A program made the translations under genes and the position numbers. Below, in pieces: positions 49,240 to 61,520 of a stretch of 64,000 bases of DNA (position 1 is its first letter; the number at the start of each line of letters is the position of its first letter). The notes under the pieces are model-generated. The model made no database searches. It saw only the letters and a list, made by a program, of their open reading frames with translations, and was not told where the DNA came from. The stretch covers positions 434,001 through 498,000 of the forward strand of contig NW_027590213.1 in assembly GCF_964213995.1 (NCBI RefSeq), given 5' to 3'. The DNA is from Mustelus asterias. Lineage: Eukaryota.

Positions 49240-49555
49240 AGGCTGGGGTTTTTCTCCTTGGAGCAAAGGAGATTGAGGGGAGATTTGATAGAGGTGGACA
49301 AGATTCTGACAGGTTTAGATAAGGTGGACAAAGAAAAGCTGTTCCCATTAGCTGAAGGGACAAGGACGAGGGGGGACACAGATTACTTGTTTTGGGTCAG
49401 AGATGCAAGGGGGGGAGGGGAGAGTGGGGGGGAGATGTAAGGAAGAATATTCTGATGCAGCAAATGGTAATGACCTGGAACTCGCTGCCTACGAGGGTGG
49501 AGGAAGTGGAGACAATAAACAATTACAAAGGAAATTGGATGGGCATTTGGGATGT
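49240..49555 (+). mobile_element. CR1 3' fragment shared by the 3' flanks of ZNF-A (6745-6980), ZNF-B (15460-15730) and ZNF-H
   Basis: FSLEQRRLRGDLIEVDKILTGLDKVDKEKLFPL. Confidence 0.85.
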
Positions 49556-49869
49556 TCCAGACAGAACGAAGAACAAAGAAAATTTTGTTTTCTTTAAACA
49601 AAAAAAACAAAACAAAACAAAAAAAAACAAAGAAAATCCATCAAGACATCATTTGATTGAGTGTGGCAGAAAGGGACCGACACAGGGTTGGAATCAGTGA
49701 GAGTTGGGGGGGGGGGGAACTCTCCGCCGGTTGGGGATATACCAGGTACAGACGAGGATGGCTGTGGTTGTTCGAGGTCAGTCATCACTACATGGCTCAC
49801 TGCAGGGTTCATCTAAAACTCTGCTGGCCATGTTTAAACTCACATTAAGTGTTATTCCACTATCACCCT

Positions 49870-50290
49870 TGTGCAGGATGATCCACCCAGTAAAGCAACA
49901 ACTTAATATTAAAATTCTCATCCTTGGTTTCAAATCACTCCATGACCTTGCCTGTCCCAATATCTATAATCTCCTATCAGCCCCACAACCCTCAATATAT
50001 TACACTGCTCTAATTCTGGTCTTTAGTTTGTCCCTGACCTTGCTTCACCATTGCAAGCTCTACCTTCAGTTGCTTAGGCTCCAACCTCTGGAATACCATC
50101 CCTACACTCTCCAACTCTCCACCTCGCTTTACTCCTTTCACACACCCCTTAAAATCTACCACTTTGACCCAACGTTTGGTCATCTAACCTAATATCTTCT
50201 TTGTGGCTCAATGTCATACTTTATTTTACAATGCTCCCTGGATGTTTTATTACTTTAAGGCGCTATATAAATATATTTTGTTGTTCCTCA
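49870..50290 (+). mobile_element. L2-like LINE 3' end
   Basis: IKILILGFKSLHDLA motif and tail ggcgctatataaat. Confidence 0.6.
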
Positions 50291-50484
50291 TGTCTCCTGG
50301 GCCTAATCATTTTCAGCTGCTTCATTAATTACCGTCTCCCCACCGTAGGGTCAGAAACGGGGATGTTCACTGATGATTGCAGTGTATATGACCATTCACA
50401 ACTCTGAATACTGAAGCTGCCCGCATGCAGCGCAGGACCAGGACAACATTGTCAATTCATACTGATACCACATAATATACCACA

Positions 50485-51040
50485 GTAGTGTGGCGACCAG
50501 AATTGAACACTAGATTCCAAGTGCGGTCTAACAAAGGTTCAATAAAGCTGCAACATGACGTGCCAATTTTTAAACTCAATGCCCCGGCCGATGAAGGCAA
50601 GCATGCCGTATGCCTTCTTGATTATCTTCTCCATCTCATTGCCACTTTCAATGACCTGTGTACCTGTACACCCAGATCCCTCTGCCTATCAATACTCTGA
50701 AGGGTTCTGCAATTTACTGTATATTTCCCATCTGTATTAGACCTTCCAAAATGCATTACCTCACATTTGTCCGGATTAAACTTCATCTGCCATCTCTCCG
50801 CCCAAGTCTCCAACTGATCTATATCCTGCTGTATCCTCTGCCGGTTCCCATCGCTATCCGCAAATCCACCAACCTTTGTGTCGTCCACAAACTTACCAAT
50901 CAAACCAGTTACATTTTCCTCCAAATCATTTATATATATTACAAACAGCAAAAGTCCCAGCACTGATCCCTGAGGAATGTCACTTGTCACAGCCCTCCAT
51001 TCAGAAATGTACCTTTGCACTGCCAACCTCTGTTTTCTTC
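50485..51040 (-). mobile_element. CR1 RT fragment
   Basis: IPQGSVLGLLLFVIYINDL, KFVDDTK, WQMKFNPDKCEVMHFG. Confidence 0.9.
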
Positions 51041-51277
51041 TGACTAAATATCTCTAAACTTCCTAACACCCTGTCACTCTGTGATCCTTGTGACATTTGA
51101 AACCAGGTATTCACAAAAAGACTCAAAGAGCATCAGCCCACTGGAGGCTGAGACCGGCCAGTCCAGCACAAAGAAACCCTCTGACCCTCCCCATTGACCA
51201 ACTGTGAGAATGAACAAAATGCAGTCCTGGATGTAATTGAGAGCAGAAACAATAACAGCAGATTCCAACTCCTGGAA

Positions 51278-52456
51278 TCATTCGTGAACTTGCTGGTGTC
51301 TCAGCAGGTGGGATGAAACTCTGAAACCCTTCCCACACTGAGGGCAGGTGAATGGCCTCTCCCCTGTGTGAACTCGCTGGTGTGCCCACAGGTTAGATAA
51401 CCGAGTGAATCCCTTCCCACACTGAGAGCAGGTGAATGGCCTCTCCCCAGTGTGAACTCGCTGGTGTGTCCGCAGGGTGGATAACCGAGTGAATCCCTTC
51501 CCACATTGAGAGCAGGTGAATAGTTTCTCCCCAGTGTGAACTCGCTGGTGTGCCCGCAGGTTGGATGACTGAGTGAATCCCTTCCCACACTGAGAGCAGG
51601 TGAACGGCCTCTCCCTAGTGTGAACTCGCTGGTGTGTCAGCAGGCTGGATGACCGCGTGAATCCCTCTCCACACTGAGAGCAGATGAATGGCTTCTCCCC
51701 AGTGTGAAATCGCTGGTGAGCCCGCAGCTCGGATGACCGAGTGAATCCCTTCCCACACTGAGAGCAGGTGAACGGTCTCTCCCCAGTGTGAACTCGCTGG
51801 TGTATCCGCAGATCAGATGACCGAGTGAATCTCTTCCCACACTGAGAGCAGGTGAATGGTTTCTCCCCGGTGTGAACTCGCTGGTGTTTCTGCAGGCTGG
51901 ATAACTGAGTGAATCCCTCCCCACACTGTGAGCAGGTGAACGGCCTCTCCCCAGTGTGAACTCGCTCGTGTGTCAGCAGACTGGATGACCGAGTGAATCC
52001 CTTCCCACACTGAGAGCAGGTGAATAGCCTCTCCCCAGTGTGAACTCGCTGGTGTGTCCGCAGCTCAGATAACTGAATGAATCCCTTCCCACACTGAGGG
52101 CAGGTGAATGGCCTCTCCCCAGTATGAACTCGCTGGTGTCTCTGCAGGTTGGATAACTGAGTGAATCCCTTCCCACACTGAGAGCAGGTGAACGGCCTCT
52201 CTCCAGTGTGAATTCGCTGGTGTCTCTGCAGGTGGGATGACTGAGTGAATCCCTTCCCACACTGAGAGCAGGTGAATGGCCTCTCCCCAGTGTGAACTTG
52301 CTGGTGTATCCGTAAGCTGGATAACTGATTAAATCCCTTCTCACACTGAGAGCAGATGAACAGCCTCTCCCCAGTGTGGCTGCGCCGATGAGCTTCCAGC
52401 AGGGATGGGTATCTGTATCTCTTCCCACAGTCCACACATTTCCATGGTTTCTCCAT
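51278..52456 (-). CDS. C2H2 zinc-finger protein, 14 fingers, 392 aa (ZNF-H), close paralogue of ZNF-A
   Basis: Intact ORF from GCACCATGG; same 3' UTR and flanks as ZNF-A. Confidence 0.9.
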   Translation of the reverse strand: MEKPWKCVDCGKRYRYPSLLEAHRRSHTGERLFICSQCEKGFNQLSSLRIHQQVHTGERPFTCSQCGKGFTQSSHLQRHQRIHTGERPFTCSQCGKGFTQLSNLQRHQRVHTGERPFTCPQCGKGFIQLSELRTHQRVHTGERLFTCSQCGKGFTRSSSLLTHERVHTGERPFTCSQCGEGFTQLSSLQKHQRVHTGEKPFTCSQCGKRFTRSSDLRIHQRVHTGERPFTCSQCGKGFTRSSELRAHQRFHTGEKPFICSQCGEGFTRSSSLLTHQRVHTRERPFTCSQCGKGFTQSSNLRAHQRVHTGEKLFTCSQCGKGFTRLSTLRTHQRVHTGERPFTCSQCGKGFTRLSNLWAHQRVHTGERPFTCPQCGKGFRVSSHLLRHQQVHE

Positions 52457-52900
52457 GGTGCAGGTGTCCTTACCTCTCTCTTGGGTGGACAATTAGTTGA
52501 AACTTCGTCTACACACAGAACAAGATTACAGTCTCTACCCGCTGTGAATGGTGTGATATTTATTCAGACTGTGTAACTGGTTAAAGCTCTTTAGTCAGTG
52601 CATTGGGACACTCTCACTCAAGTGTGGCAGTGTGTCGATGCTTTTTCACTCACACTGACATTTCAAATCTTTTCAAATCGACAGACTGGACAATCATTTC
52701 TCCTTCTGGATTCAAAGTCCAATGATATTGAGGTCCCAAGGAATATGACTCTGTCAGATCTAGACGTGATGTTTGAGATGTCGGCCTGTGATTCCTCTTT
52801 CAATATCCTGTAAAATGAGTTTCCAAAAGTCATCAGTGTCAGTACAGGATAGAAATTCAGAACAGACAATTTCTATGGAACATTCTTTCCTCTCTCATTC

Positions 52901-53230
52901 AGAGGGTGGGTTCTCCCCCGCACATGCACAGCTTCCCCTCTCCCTCGCACATTTTGCAGTCCCGGGCTGGGGGAGGGGGAGATCACCAAGCGGCTTCTCG
53001 CTCTGGCCGGAGCCGTCAGCCGGTTGCCTGGAAACCTTGGCTCGATGTGGTGCAGGGGGAGGGGAACAATGGGTGGGGGCGGGGCTCCCGGGTCCGCGCG
53101 CCCGGGCCTGCTCACTGGAACCCGGAGACGTCACCGCGGAGCAGAGTGATTCCTATTGACTGATTCAGGCAGGGCTCTATCGTGGCATCACAATGCGGAA
53201 GTTGTCCAATGAGCTTCAGAGTGAAACTTT
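52901..53230. promoter_or_regulatory. ZNF promoter module, copy 4, truncated on the left
   Basis: RFX gttgcctggaaac (53023-53035), GC box; colinear with 30435-30755. Confidence 0.7.
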
Positions 53231-53242
53231 GCTCTCCGATCA

Positions 53243-53540
53243 CATTCCATTGTGATGTCACACCCTCACCCAGTCCATTGTGATGTCACACTCTCACCCA
53301 TTCCATTGTGACGTCACACTCTCACCCATTCCATTGTGACGTCACACCCTCACCCAGTCCATTGTGACGTCACACTCTCACCCATTCCATTGTGACGTCA
53401 CACCCTCACCCATTCCATTGTGACGTCACACCCTCACCCATTCCATTGTGACGTCACGCTCTCACCCATTCCATTGTGACCTCACACCCTCACCCATTCC
53501 ATTGTGACGTCACACTCTCACCCATTCCATTGTGACGTCA
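53243..53540 (+). repeat. 28-bp minisatellite (cattccattgtgacgtcacaccctcacc), 10 full units plus 1 partial
   Basis: Exact 28-bp period; 8 perfect TGACGTCA. Confidence 0.95.
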
Positions 53541-53559
53541 GGGCTTCCCTCTCCGATCA

Positions 53560-54130
53560 CAATCCCTGCCGGCCTCCCACATGCAGCCTCAATGGCGGCA
53601 GTCAGCCCGGGTCTAACACTACAAGCTGCCGCTCCATTTGGTACAAAGGGGGGGACCGGGAAGTTCATTTCCGGGGTTTGGGTTTGAACAACATGTTTAC
53701 AAAGCCTCTCCACCCACCCGCCACATTTATCATTCCCCGCGCGCCGCCCTCTACCTCGTATTGATCTCGCTTCCGAGTTAAAACCATCCGTCTGTCCGTC
53801 GCCATTATCCGCACTGCGCATGCTTTAGGTCCCGCCCCTCATTCACTCCGATTGGCTGGAGGACCAGCCGCTCCTGCTCAATACTCCAGCCCCGCCCCCT
53901 CTTCCTATTGGTCCGCAGCTGCCGTCAATCAGCCCCCGGGCATTGTGATGTGGAGCATGCGCAGTGTCATTGCTGTCCTTGGCGCTTGTTTGTCCCGGAG
54001 AAGCGGAGTCAGCGTTAGGCGGTGGCTGGGAGGATTTGGAAACACTTTGTGGATCCGCAAACCCTTCAGAATCATTGTCAGCTCCCTGGTTTGCAGCTGC
54101 GGGGCTTCTCCCTCCCGGGAACAGGCCCAG
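53560..54130. promoter_or_regulatory. CpG-island promoter-like region
   Basis: High CpG content, CCAAT (attggctggaggaccag as in the module), GC boxes, tgcgcatg/catgcgca, ccggaag. Confidence 0.55.
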
Positions 54131-55423
54131 GTTAACGGCCCCATCCTGGCTCAGCCACTGGAGGATGGTTCACATCAGAGGATGGGGGAGGGGGACAATA
54201 AATAAGAGGTTACACTTTGGCCACAAATCAATGAGAACTCTGATCTCTGGGAAGGAAGGAAACCCTGGGAGGTGGGCGGGGAGGATTCACAAACACCCGC
54301 TGGAGGCCCCAACACCCCCAGTAAAAAGCTGCAGCTCCCGGGTTTGCAGCTTTTTCTCGGGAGGGAGTTGGGGACGTTTTGTGGAGACCATTCCCGGCTG
54401 GTTCAGTTAGTGGTTCCTGGAGCTCAGAAACCCCGAGTTAGAATCCTGAACCCCACACTGGGTGGTTGTTTTATTAAATACTTTTTATTTATTAATGATC
54501 TGTTGAAGAAAATATTAATTTGTTTTGAAAAATCATTTCATAGCATTTGTGAAAATACCCATTAAAATAGCAATTCTCCCAATGTATTTCATAGGATCCC
54601 TACAGTGCTGAAGGAGGTTATTCGCTCATCGAGTCTGCACCAACAACAATCCCACCTCGGCCCTATTCCCATAACCCCACATATGTAACCTGCTAATCCC
54701 TCTAACCTACTCATCCCAGTTTAGAAATGTCTTGTTTCAGGGTTTGTGACAGAGACATGTCCTGAGTAGAGAGAACAGACCTATCCTGTGTTTGTTGCCC
54801 AGCGAGCTGCTGTGGAAACTCTCTTCATAAGAGAGCAAGCTGTTTCTAATAATATTCAATACATTTCTTGACATTTTATGAAGATCTGATGGTGATTGCT
54901 TTCAAAACATGCCGTCAAATCAGAGATTGGTGTAAAACTGTTCCTGACTGTAAGTGACACTTCCAGTCTGAACATGTCTTTGGTCTGAAGTTTCCAAGTG
55001 TTTATGTGACATTCCTGAGTTTTCTGATGCAACAACAACTGGTATTTACCTGTTAACAGATTAAAGTAAGTAAAATATACCGATACCCTTCACAGAGACT
55101 CAGAAAGGTAGGGACAGGGATGATGGAGAAATTGTAATTCACTAAAGGTGTACACATGCGGTTTGTCAAAATTTCCTTTTTAACTAACGACAAATCCAAT
55201 GTACTGTTTGGAAGCACATCCAGGGTTAGGACTAGGGTGAGGTATTAGTTAGGGTGAGGTGTTAGTTAGGGTGAGGTGTAAGCTTGGGTTCGGATTCAGG
55301 GTGGAGGTTGGGATCTTGGTTTTGTTGCTGAGAATGCACAGAGAAATTGGGATCTTGCTGTGTTTATGTGTGGAGTTCCGGGGGTGGTGGAACCAGGATG
55401 AAGAATTGGAAAAAGATGCCAGT

Positions 55424-55742
55424 ACGGCCATGGTGGCACAGTGGTGAGCACTGCTGCCTCTCAGCGCCAGGGACCCGGGTTCGATTCCGACCTCGGGTAA
55501 CTGTCTGTGTGGAGTTTGCACATTCTCTCCTGTCTGTGTGGGTTTCCTCCGGGTGCTCCAGTTTCCTCCCACAGTCCAAGGATGTGCGGGATGGTTTGAT
55601 TAGCCATGATGAATTTCCCTTTAATGTCGGGGGAATTAGGAGGGTAAATATGTGGGGTTACAGGAATCGGGCCTGGGTGGAATTGTGGTCGGTGCAGGCT
55701 CGATGGGCCGAATGGCCTCCTTCTGCACTGTAGATTCTATGA
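55424..55742 (+). mobile_element. HE1/V-SINE-type SINE (a partial copy also at 54589-54718 -)
   Basis: Head, core and tail present. Confidence 0.85.
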
Positions 55743-56169
55743 TACAGTTTATATTGTCTGTTTCAGAGCCAGATTCATGTTTCATGTGTTTACATGTCAT
55801 ACAATTTCCTTGAATTCAATGTTGTTTTTCCTCAGTCCCAGATGTGGCAATCAAATTATGGATTCAACTATAAGTAAATGGGTGCATTGTGTGTGTGTGT
55901 GTGTCTTTGTATTTGTCAGTTTATGTGTCGGTGTGTGTGTGTTGGTATGTTGGTGTGTGTTAGTGTGGGGTGTCTGTCTCTCTCTGTTTTGGTTTGAAGA
56001 ACCCTTTGCTAACTGCTGCCTGTTGTTTCCTTGTGTTAGTTTAATCACGCAGTGTCTGACAAATCGGCTTCATCTTCATCTGATGTGGCTTTAAGTTTAA
56101 CAGAGGGAGCAAGGCTTTTATAAATTCTTCCATTTCTACCTTGGTGTGGGTCGAAACTCCCTACAAACA

Positions 56170-57870
56170 AACATGGGAACAGAAGACGGCCATTCAGCCC
56201 TCGAGCTCATTCCGCCATTCAATGAGATCGTGGCTGTTCAGTGGCCTAACTCCGTATACTTGCCTTTCACCCATATCCCTGAATACCTTTGCTTAACAAA
56301 CAATGTATCTATCTCAAGATTTAAAGATAGCAACTGACCGAGCATCAACGGCCTTTTATGGAAGAGAGTTCCAAACCTCTACCACCCTTTCTGTGTGGAA
56401 GTGCTTCCTAACATCCCTCCTGAACAGTATGGCCCTAATTTTTAGACTGCCTCCTGGCTCGAGAATCTCCAACCAGTGGAAATAATCTATCTTCATCTAC
56501 CCTGTCTTTTCGTGTTTATACCTTGAAGACTTTGATCAGATCACCCCTTAACCTTCTAAATTCTCGAGAAAACAGGTCCAATTTGTATAATCTCTCCTCA
56601 TAATTAAACCCCTGAAGCCCAGGTATCATTCCTGCAAACCTGCGCTGCACTCCCTCCAAGACCAAAATATCCTCCCTGAGGTGTGGCGCACAGATCTGCT
56701 CACGTGCTCCAAATAGGGTCCAACCAGTGTTTTGTATAGCTGCAGAATAACTTCTGTCCTCCAGTTCTCTCAATATAAAGACCAGCTTTCCATTAGCCTT
56801 CTTGATTATTTTCTCAACCTGTTTGTGGCATTTTAAAGATGGGTGACCTGAACCCCCCAAGTCTCTTTGGATATCCACTGTATTGAACTTCATACCATCT
56901 GGAAAGTATTCTGATCTATCCACTACCAGGCTCCCACAGTCTAAGTGGATGGGTCTGTCTGGGGGTGTTTCTCCTGGTTCTGTCCATGTTGTTTGGGTGT
57001 TTGTGTATTTTTGAGAGCAGCTGGAATTCCCTGGTTTTGGCTGTTATCCTCCCAGATGTTCCATCTGTTTTTGGTTAATGTGACTGAGTTCTTCCAGCCT
57101 GTCTCCAATTCTCCTTCCTGTCTCTGGTATATGGGTCAAGGGGGCTTGGTGTAGTGATCCACGTTAATTGTCTGTCTGCTTCCAACAAGTATTGTTGTCT
57201 GTCCAGAATGACGGTGTTGCTATCCTTGTCTCCTGGTTTTATGATCGTATCCGTACTGGACCTCAGCTCTCTGATTGTCTGTCTTTCTCTCCAGGTAGGA
57301 TTCTGTTTGTCTCTCGTGTTTTAGTGTTGTGGAGGGATTCAAACAAGGCATTCTGGGAAGGGTGGACAGGGATTTTGGAGGTGACAGCACGTTCAGGGAA
57401 TTTGGAGGGGAAAGGGAGGCTGGAGATGGGGGAATAGATTGTAAGGATGGTGGGGTCAAGAGTTTGTTTTCTGAGAAGCAGAAGGACAGAGAATCAGTAC
57501 CTGAAGAGTGAAAACTTAATATAGTCAATGACCAAAGGGAAGTTGGAGATCAGTAGTTTAGTGGATGATTTAGTGCGAATAAGGTCGATGGAGCAAGAGG
57601 TGAGTCTCATGGATGAGATGAACCCTGAGAGGACATGAGGGGAAATGACAGAGAAACTAGAGAAAGGGATGGGTTCAGGGCTCGGGAAAGGATGAAATTT
57701 ACAGACAGTTTGGCCGGTGAGCTAGTGGAAGGGAGGGAAGCAGCAGAGGCAGCTGATCAGATTGTCTCCATCTTAGTGACAGAGAAGCTCCATGAGCTCC
57801 TCACACTTGTTGTTGGAGGTGAGGATGGAGGAGACAGGGGGGAGGGAGAGCAATTCAATAAGAACTGAAT
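56170..57870 (-). mobile_element. Mixed decayed retroelement fragments: CR1 3' end (56170-56925), then other old non-LTR fragments
   Basis: LEGVQRRFAGMIPGLQGFNYEERL in the CR1 part; family of the remainder uncertain. Confidence 0.6.
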
Positions 57871-58054
57871 TATGTTCAGAGAAATTAAAAAGATTCAACA
57901 CAGTCTGTGTTTGTAACACAAAGCTGATTTAATTGACTTTTTAACCGGAATATTAGCCTCGACAAGTGGCTGGCGTTTATTAACAGCATAAACAGAACAT
58001 TATGAAGATGGTTCAGTCCTGAATGTGAGTAACAGCAAAATTTAATCACTGTAG

Positions 58055-59176
58055 TTACTTGTGAACTCTCTGGTGTCTGAGCAGGTGGGATGTAGTCGTA
58101 CATCCCTTCCCACACTCAGAGCAGGTGAATGGTCTCTCCCCAGTGTGAATTCGCTGGTGTACAGAGAGTTGAGATGATCGCACAAACCCAGTCCCACAGT
58201 GAGAGCACCTGAACGGTCTCTCCTCAGTGTGAACACGTTGATGTCGTGTCAGTTCCCCAGATCTTTTAAAGCACTTCCCACAATCTGAGCATTTAAAAGG
58301 TCTCTCGTCAGTGTGAACTCGCTGGTGTGCAGTTAGTTGAATTGATCGTCTGAACCCAGCCTCACAGTGAGAGCATCTGAAAGGTCTCTCATCAGTGTGA
58401 AAAAGCTGATGGGAAGTCAGTTTCTCAGAGGTTTTGTAGCATTTCTCACAGTTTGGACATTTAAAAGGTTTCTTGTCTGTGTGAACTCGCTGGTGTGTCA
58501 GCAGGATCGATGAGGTAGTGAATCCCTTCCCACACTCAGAGCAGATAAATGGCCTCTCCCCAGTGTGAACTCGCTGGTGTTTCAGCAGGTCAGATGACTG
58601 AATGAATCCCTTCCCACACTCGGAGCAGGTGAATGGCCTCTCCCCAGAGTGAACTCGCTGGTGAACAGTGAGGTCAGACGATCGTCTGAACCCAGTCCCA
58701 CAGTGAGAGCACCGGAATGGCCTCTCCTCAGTGTGAACACGTTGATGGCGCATCAGTTCCCCAGAACTTTTATAGCACTTTCCACAGTCTGGACATTTGA
58801 AAGGTCTCTCCTCAGTGTGAACTCGCTGGTGACTCAGCAGGTGGGCTGAAATAGTAAATCCCTTCCCACACTCGGAGCAGGTGAATGGCCTCTCGCTGGA
58901 GTGAACTCGCTGGTGTGTGAACAGAGAGGATGACTGAGTGAATCCCTTCCCACATGTGGGGCAGGTGAATGGCCTCTCCCCAGTGTGACTGCGCCAATGC
59001 ATTTCCAGCTTGGATGGGGAAATGAATCCCTTCCCACAGTCCCCACATTTCCACAGTTTCTCCTCAGTGTGACTGCAATTGTGTCTCCACAGGTCAGATG
59101 ATTGTCTGAAGCCGTGTCCACACACACAACACGTGTACGGATTCTCCCCACTGTGAAATGGGCTTTTTCCTTCCAT
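58055..59176 (-). CDS. C2H2 zinc-finger protein, 13 fingers, 373 aa (ZNF-I)
   Basis: Intact [19 protein letters not shown]...; acceptor ttttacag near 59262. Confidence 0.9.
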   Translation of the reverse strand: MEGKSPFHSGENPYTCCVCGHGFRQSSDLWRHNCSHTEEKLWKCGDCGKGFISPSKLEMHWRSHTGERPFTCPTCGKGFTQSSSLFTHQRVHSSERPFTCSECGKGFTISAHLLSHQRVHTEERPFKCPDCGKCYKSSGELMRHQRVHTEERPFRCSHCGTGFRRSSDLTVHQRVHSGERPFTCSECGKGFIQSSDLLKHQRVHTGERPFICSECGKGFTTSSILLTHQRVHTDKKPFKCPNCEKCYKTSEKLTSHQLFHTDERPFRCSHCEAGFRRSIQLTAHQRVHTDERPFKCSDCGKCFKRSGELTRHQRVHTEERPFRCSHCGTGFVRSSQLSVHQRIHTGERPFTCSECGKGCTTTSHLLRHQRVHK

Positions 59177-59589
59177 GTTCCAAATCTGATGATATCAAAG
59201 TTACGATAAATTGAGCCACTCCGTCAGCTTCCCAACGGCAAACTCTCCACTTCTAACACCCTGTAAAATATCTACAATGTGGTTGACTCTTAAAATGTCC
59301 TCTGAAACTCAGTTCAAGGGCTAATAGGAATGGGTGATGAATGCTGGCCCAGCCAGGGACACCAACAGTGTGAATGAATTAGGAAAAATATCTGCCATCC
59401 TTACCCAGTCTGGTCTAACTATATATCAAGAGCAATGTGGTTGACTCTTAAAATGTCCTGAGATGGCCAAGCAAACCACTCAGTTCAAGCACAATTAGGG
59501 ATGGACAATAAATGCTGGCCTAGTCAGCAATTCCCATGGACAAATAAAAAATTCCCGGAGACTCCAGTCCAATCCGGGAGAGTTGGTAA

Positions 59590-59950
59590 CTGGTCCAGGC
59601 TCACAGCGCATGCGCCCTGCTGCACATTGTTCCTGTAAAGATGGCGGCCGCTAACCCGGGCCTGGAGCCGCTCAGATCCGACTCTATTCGGTGCTGATTG
59701 AAACGGTACCGGGAACATGTTATCTGGATTGAGGCGTCCACAGGTATTTATGAAGCCTCCCAGCCCACTCCGCTGCTTCTATCCCTCCCCGGTCACCCAG
59801 CGGCTCCATTACTGAACCTCACTCCATTGTTTCTTTCCGACTCCTCGCAGCTCCAGTCACAGCCCGGCCTGTGCATGCTCCGGTCAGAGTCAGACACTGC
59901 GCACGCTCCAGTCACAGCCAGGTACTGCGCTTGCGCAATAATTGCAGTAA
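59590..59950. promoter_or_regulatory. CpG-rich promoter of a different type between divergent ZNF-I and ZNF-J
   Basis: NRF1 gcgcatgcgc (~59606), YY1 aagatggcggc (~59638), tgcgca repeats. Confidence 0.55.
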
Positions 59951-60599
59951 TGTGGATAGGACACAGTCTCACCCGCAGAGAATGTTGGGTAATCACCTCA
60001 CCATTCAAACCCATATTGTTCAATAGAAAATACGATTTGCGATCTGATTATGATTGGTACCATTGCGCCAAGGTTCAAATGTGTTACTTCAATTCATTTG
60101 GCAACTAAGCAGCATAGGCCTTCCAGCACATTTCTGTCCTGGGTGTGATTGACAACATAACAATCACCTGCATTTAGATGTGAACTCGCTGGGGTGAACA
60201 AGTGATTTGTGCCTTCATAGACAGAACAGTTAAACTACCCCTCACCACTAAGAGGGGTAGTTAAAATGCTTTGAGCTTTTAAAGTTATAGAGTGTTAACC
60301 ACTGAGGAAATCCCTTTGCGAACGTTAAGTGTTTGAGTGGTCTTCCTCTGGTGTAATTGTGCTGTTCTATCGGTAAATGGGATGACTGAGTGAATCAAGT
60401 TTCACATTCAGCTGGGAAATAATTTGTTGACGGTGGGATTTAATCCAAAGGTTTACAGCTCAGACGGGAATCTCAAAAATTGGGCAAAAAATGCTGGCCT
60501 TGCCAGTAATGCCCACACCCCACAAATTATTATTATTTTTAAATAGTTCCTTTTGAAGGGCTCTCCATCTCCCTGTCTCCTTCTTCCTCAAAGCATCAA

Positions 60600-61520
60600 A
60601 CTTAAGGGAAAAGCATATAGCTACACAGAGGTGAGTGGCAGGTCAGATGATTGGCTGGAATATAAAGAACAGTAGAGAATGACTAAAAGGTTAATTGGAA
60701 GAAAAACATTAGAATATGAGAGGAAGTTAGCTGTTCATGTAAAAATGAAGAGCAAGAGTTTCTAGAGGTATTCAAAAAGGAAAAGAGGAATAAGGTGAGT
60801 GTTGGCTCTCAAGAAAATGAGAATGGGGAGTAATAGTAGATAATAAATGGCCAATGAAATAAACAAATCTTTGCTTCTGTCTTCACTATAGAAAATACAA
60901 AACCAGCCAGTCCTAGCTGTAAATCAGGAGGTGGAAGGGAGAGAGGAACTAGGAGAAATTACAAATGACGTGGGAAGCTGTACTGAGCAAACTGATGGAG
61001 CTGCGGCTGACAAGTCTCTGGGTCACGATGGAATTCATCCTAGCATCTTCAGAAGGTGGTTAATGAGATAGTGACAGTAGATTTGTTGGTGTTAATTTTC
61101 CAAAGTTCCCGAGATTCTGGAGAGGTTCCATCAGACTGGAGAGGTAGCAAATATAAGCCCTCTAATTCAAGAACGGATGGTGGCATAAGACAGGAAATTT
61201 AGGCCAGTTCGATAGACATCTGTTGTGGGGAAGATGTTAGAATCAATCATTAAAGAGGTTATAGCTGGCCACTTTGGAAAAACTCAAGGTAATCAGGAAG
61301 AGTTAGCATGGTTTAATGAAAGGGAAATTGTGTTTAACCAATTGGAGTTCTTTGAAGAAGTAACGTGTGGATAGAAGGGAACCTGTGGATCTGCTGAATT
61401 GAATTCCAGAAAACATGTGATAAGGTGCCACATCAAAGGTTATCATGGAAAACAAAAGCTAGTAGTGCAGGGGGTAACATATTACCCCCTGCACTACTTC
61501 CAATAGAAGATTGGCTGTCA
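60600..61520 (+). mobile_element. Old CR1 ORF2 fragment
   Basis: Remnants of DKSLGHDGIHP, SGEVPSDWRVAN, RPV and DKVPHQRL. Confidence 0.75.

Noticed and set aside
53243-53540. CRISPR-like array (28-bp period, palindromic core)
   Set aside because: Units are contiguous with no unique spacers, there are no cas genes, and the context is vertebrate
55224-55290. Interstitial telomere
   Set aside because: Only isolated TTAGGG hexamers within a short 17-bp degenerate repeat
55888-55985. ORF 55777-56094 as a membrane protein
   Set aside because: Low-complexity (TG)n sequence
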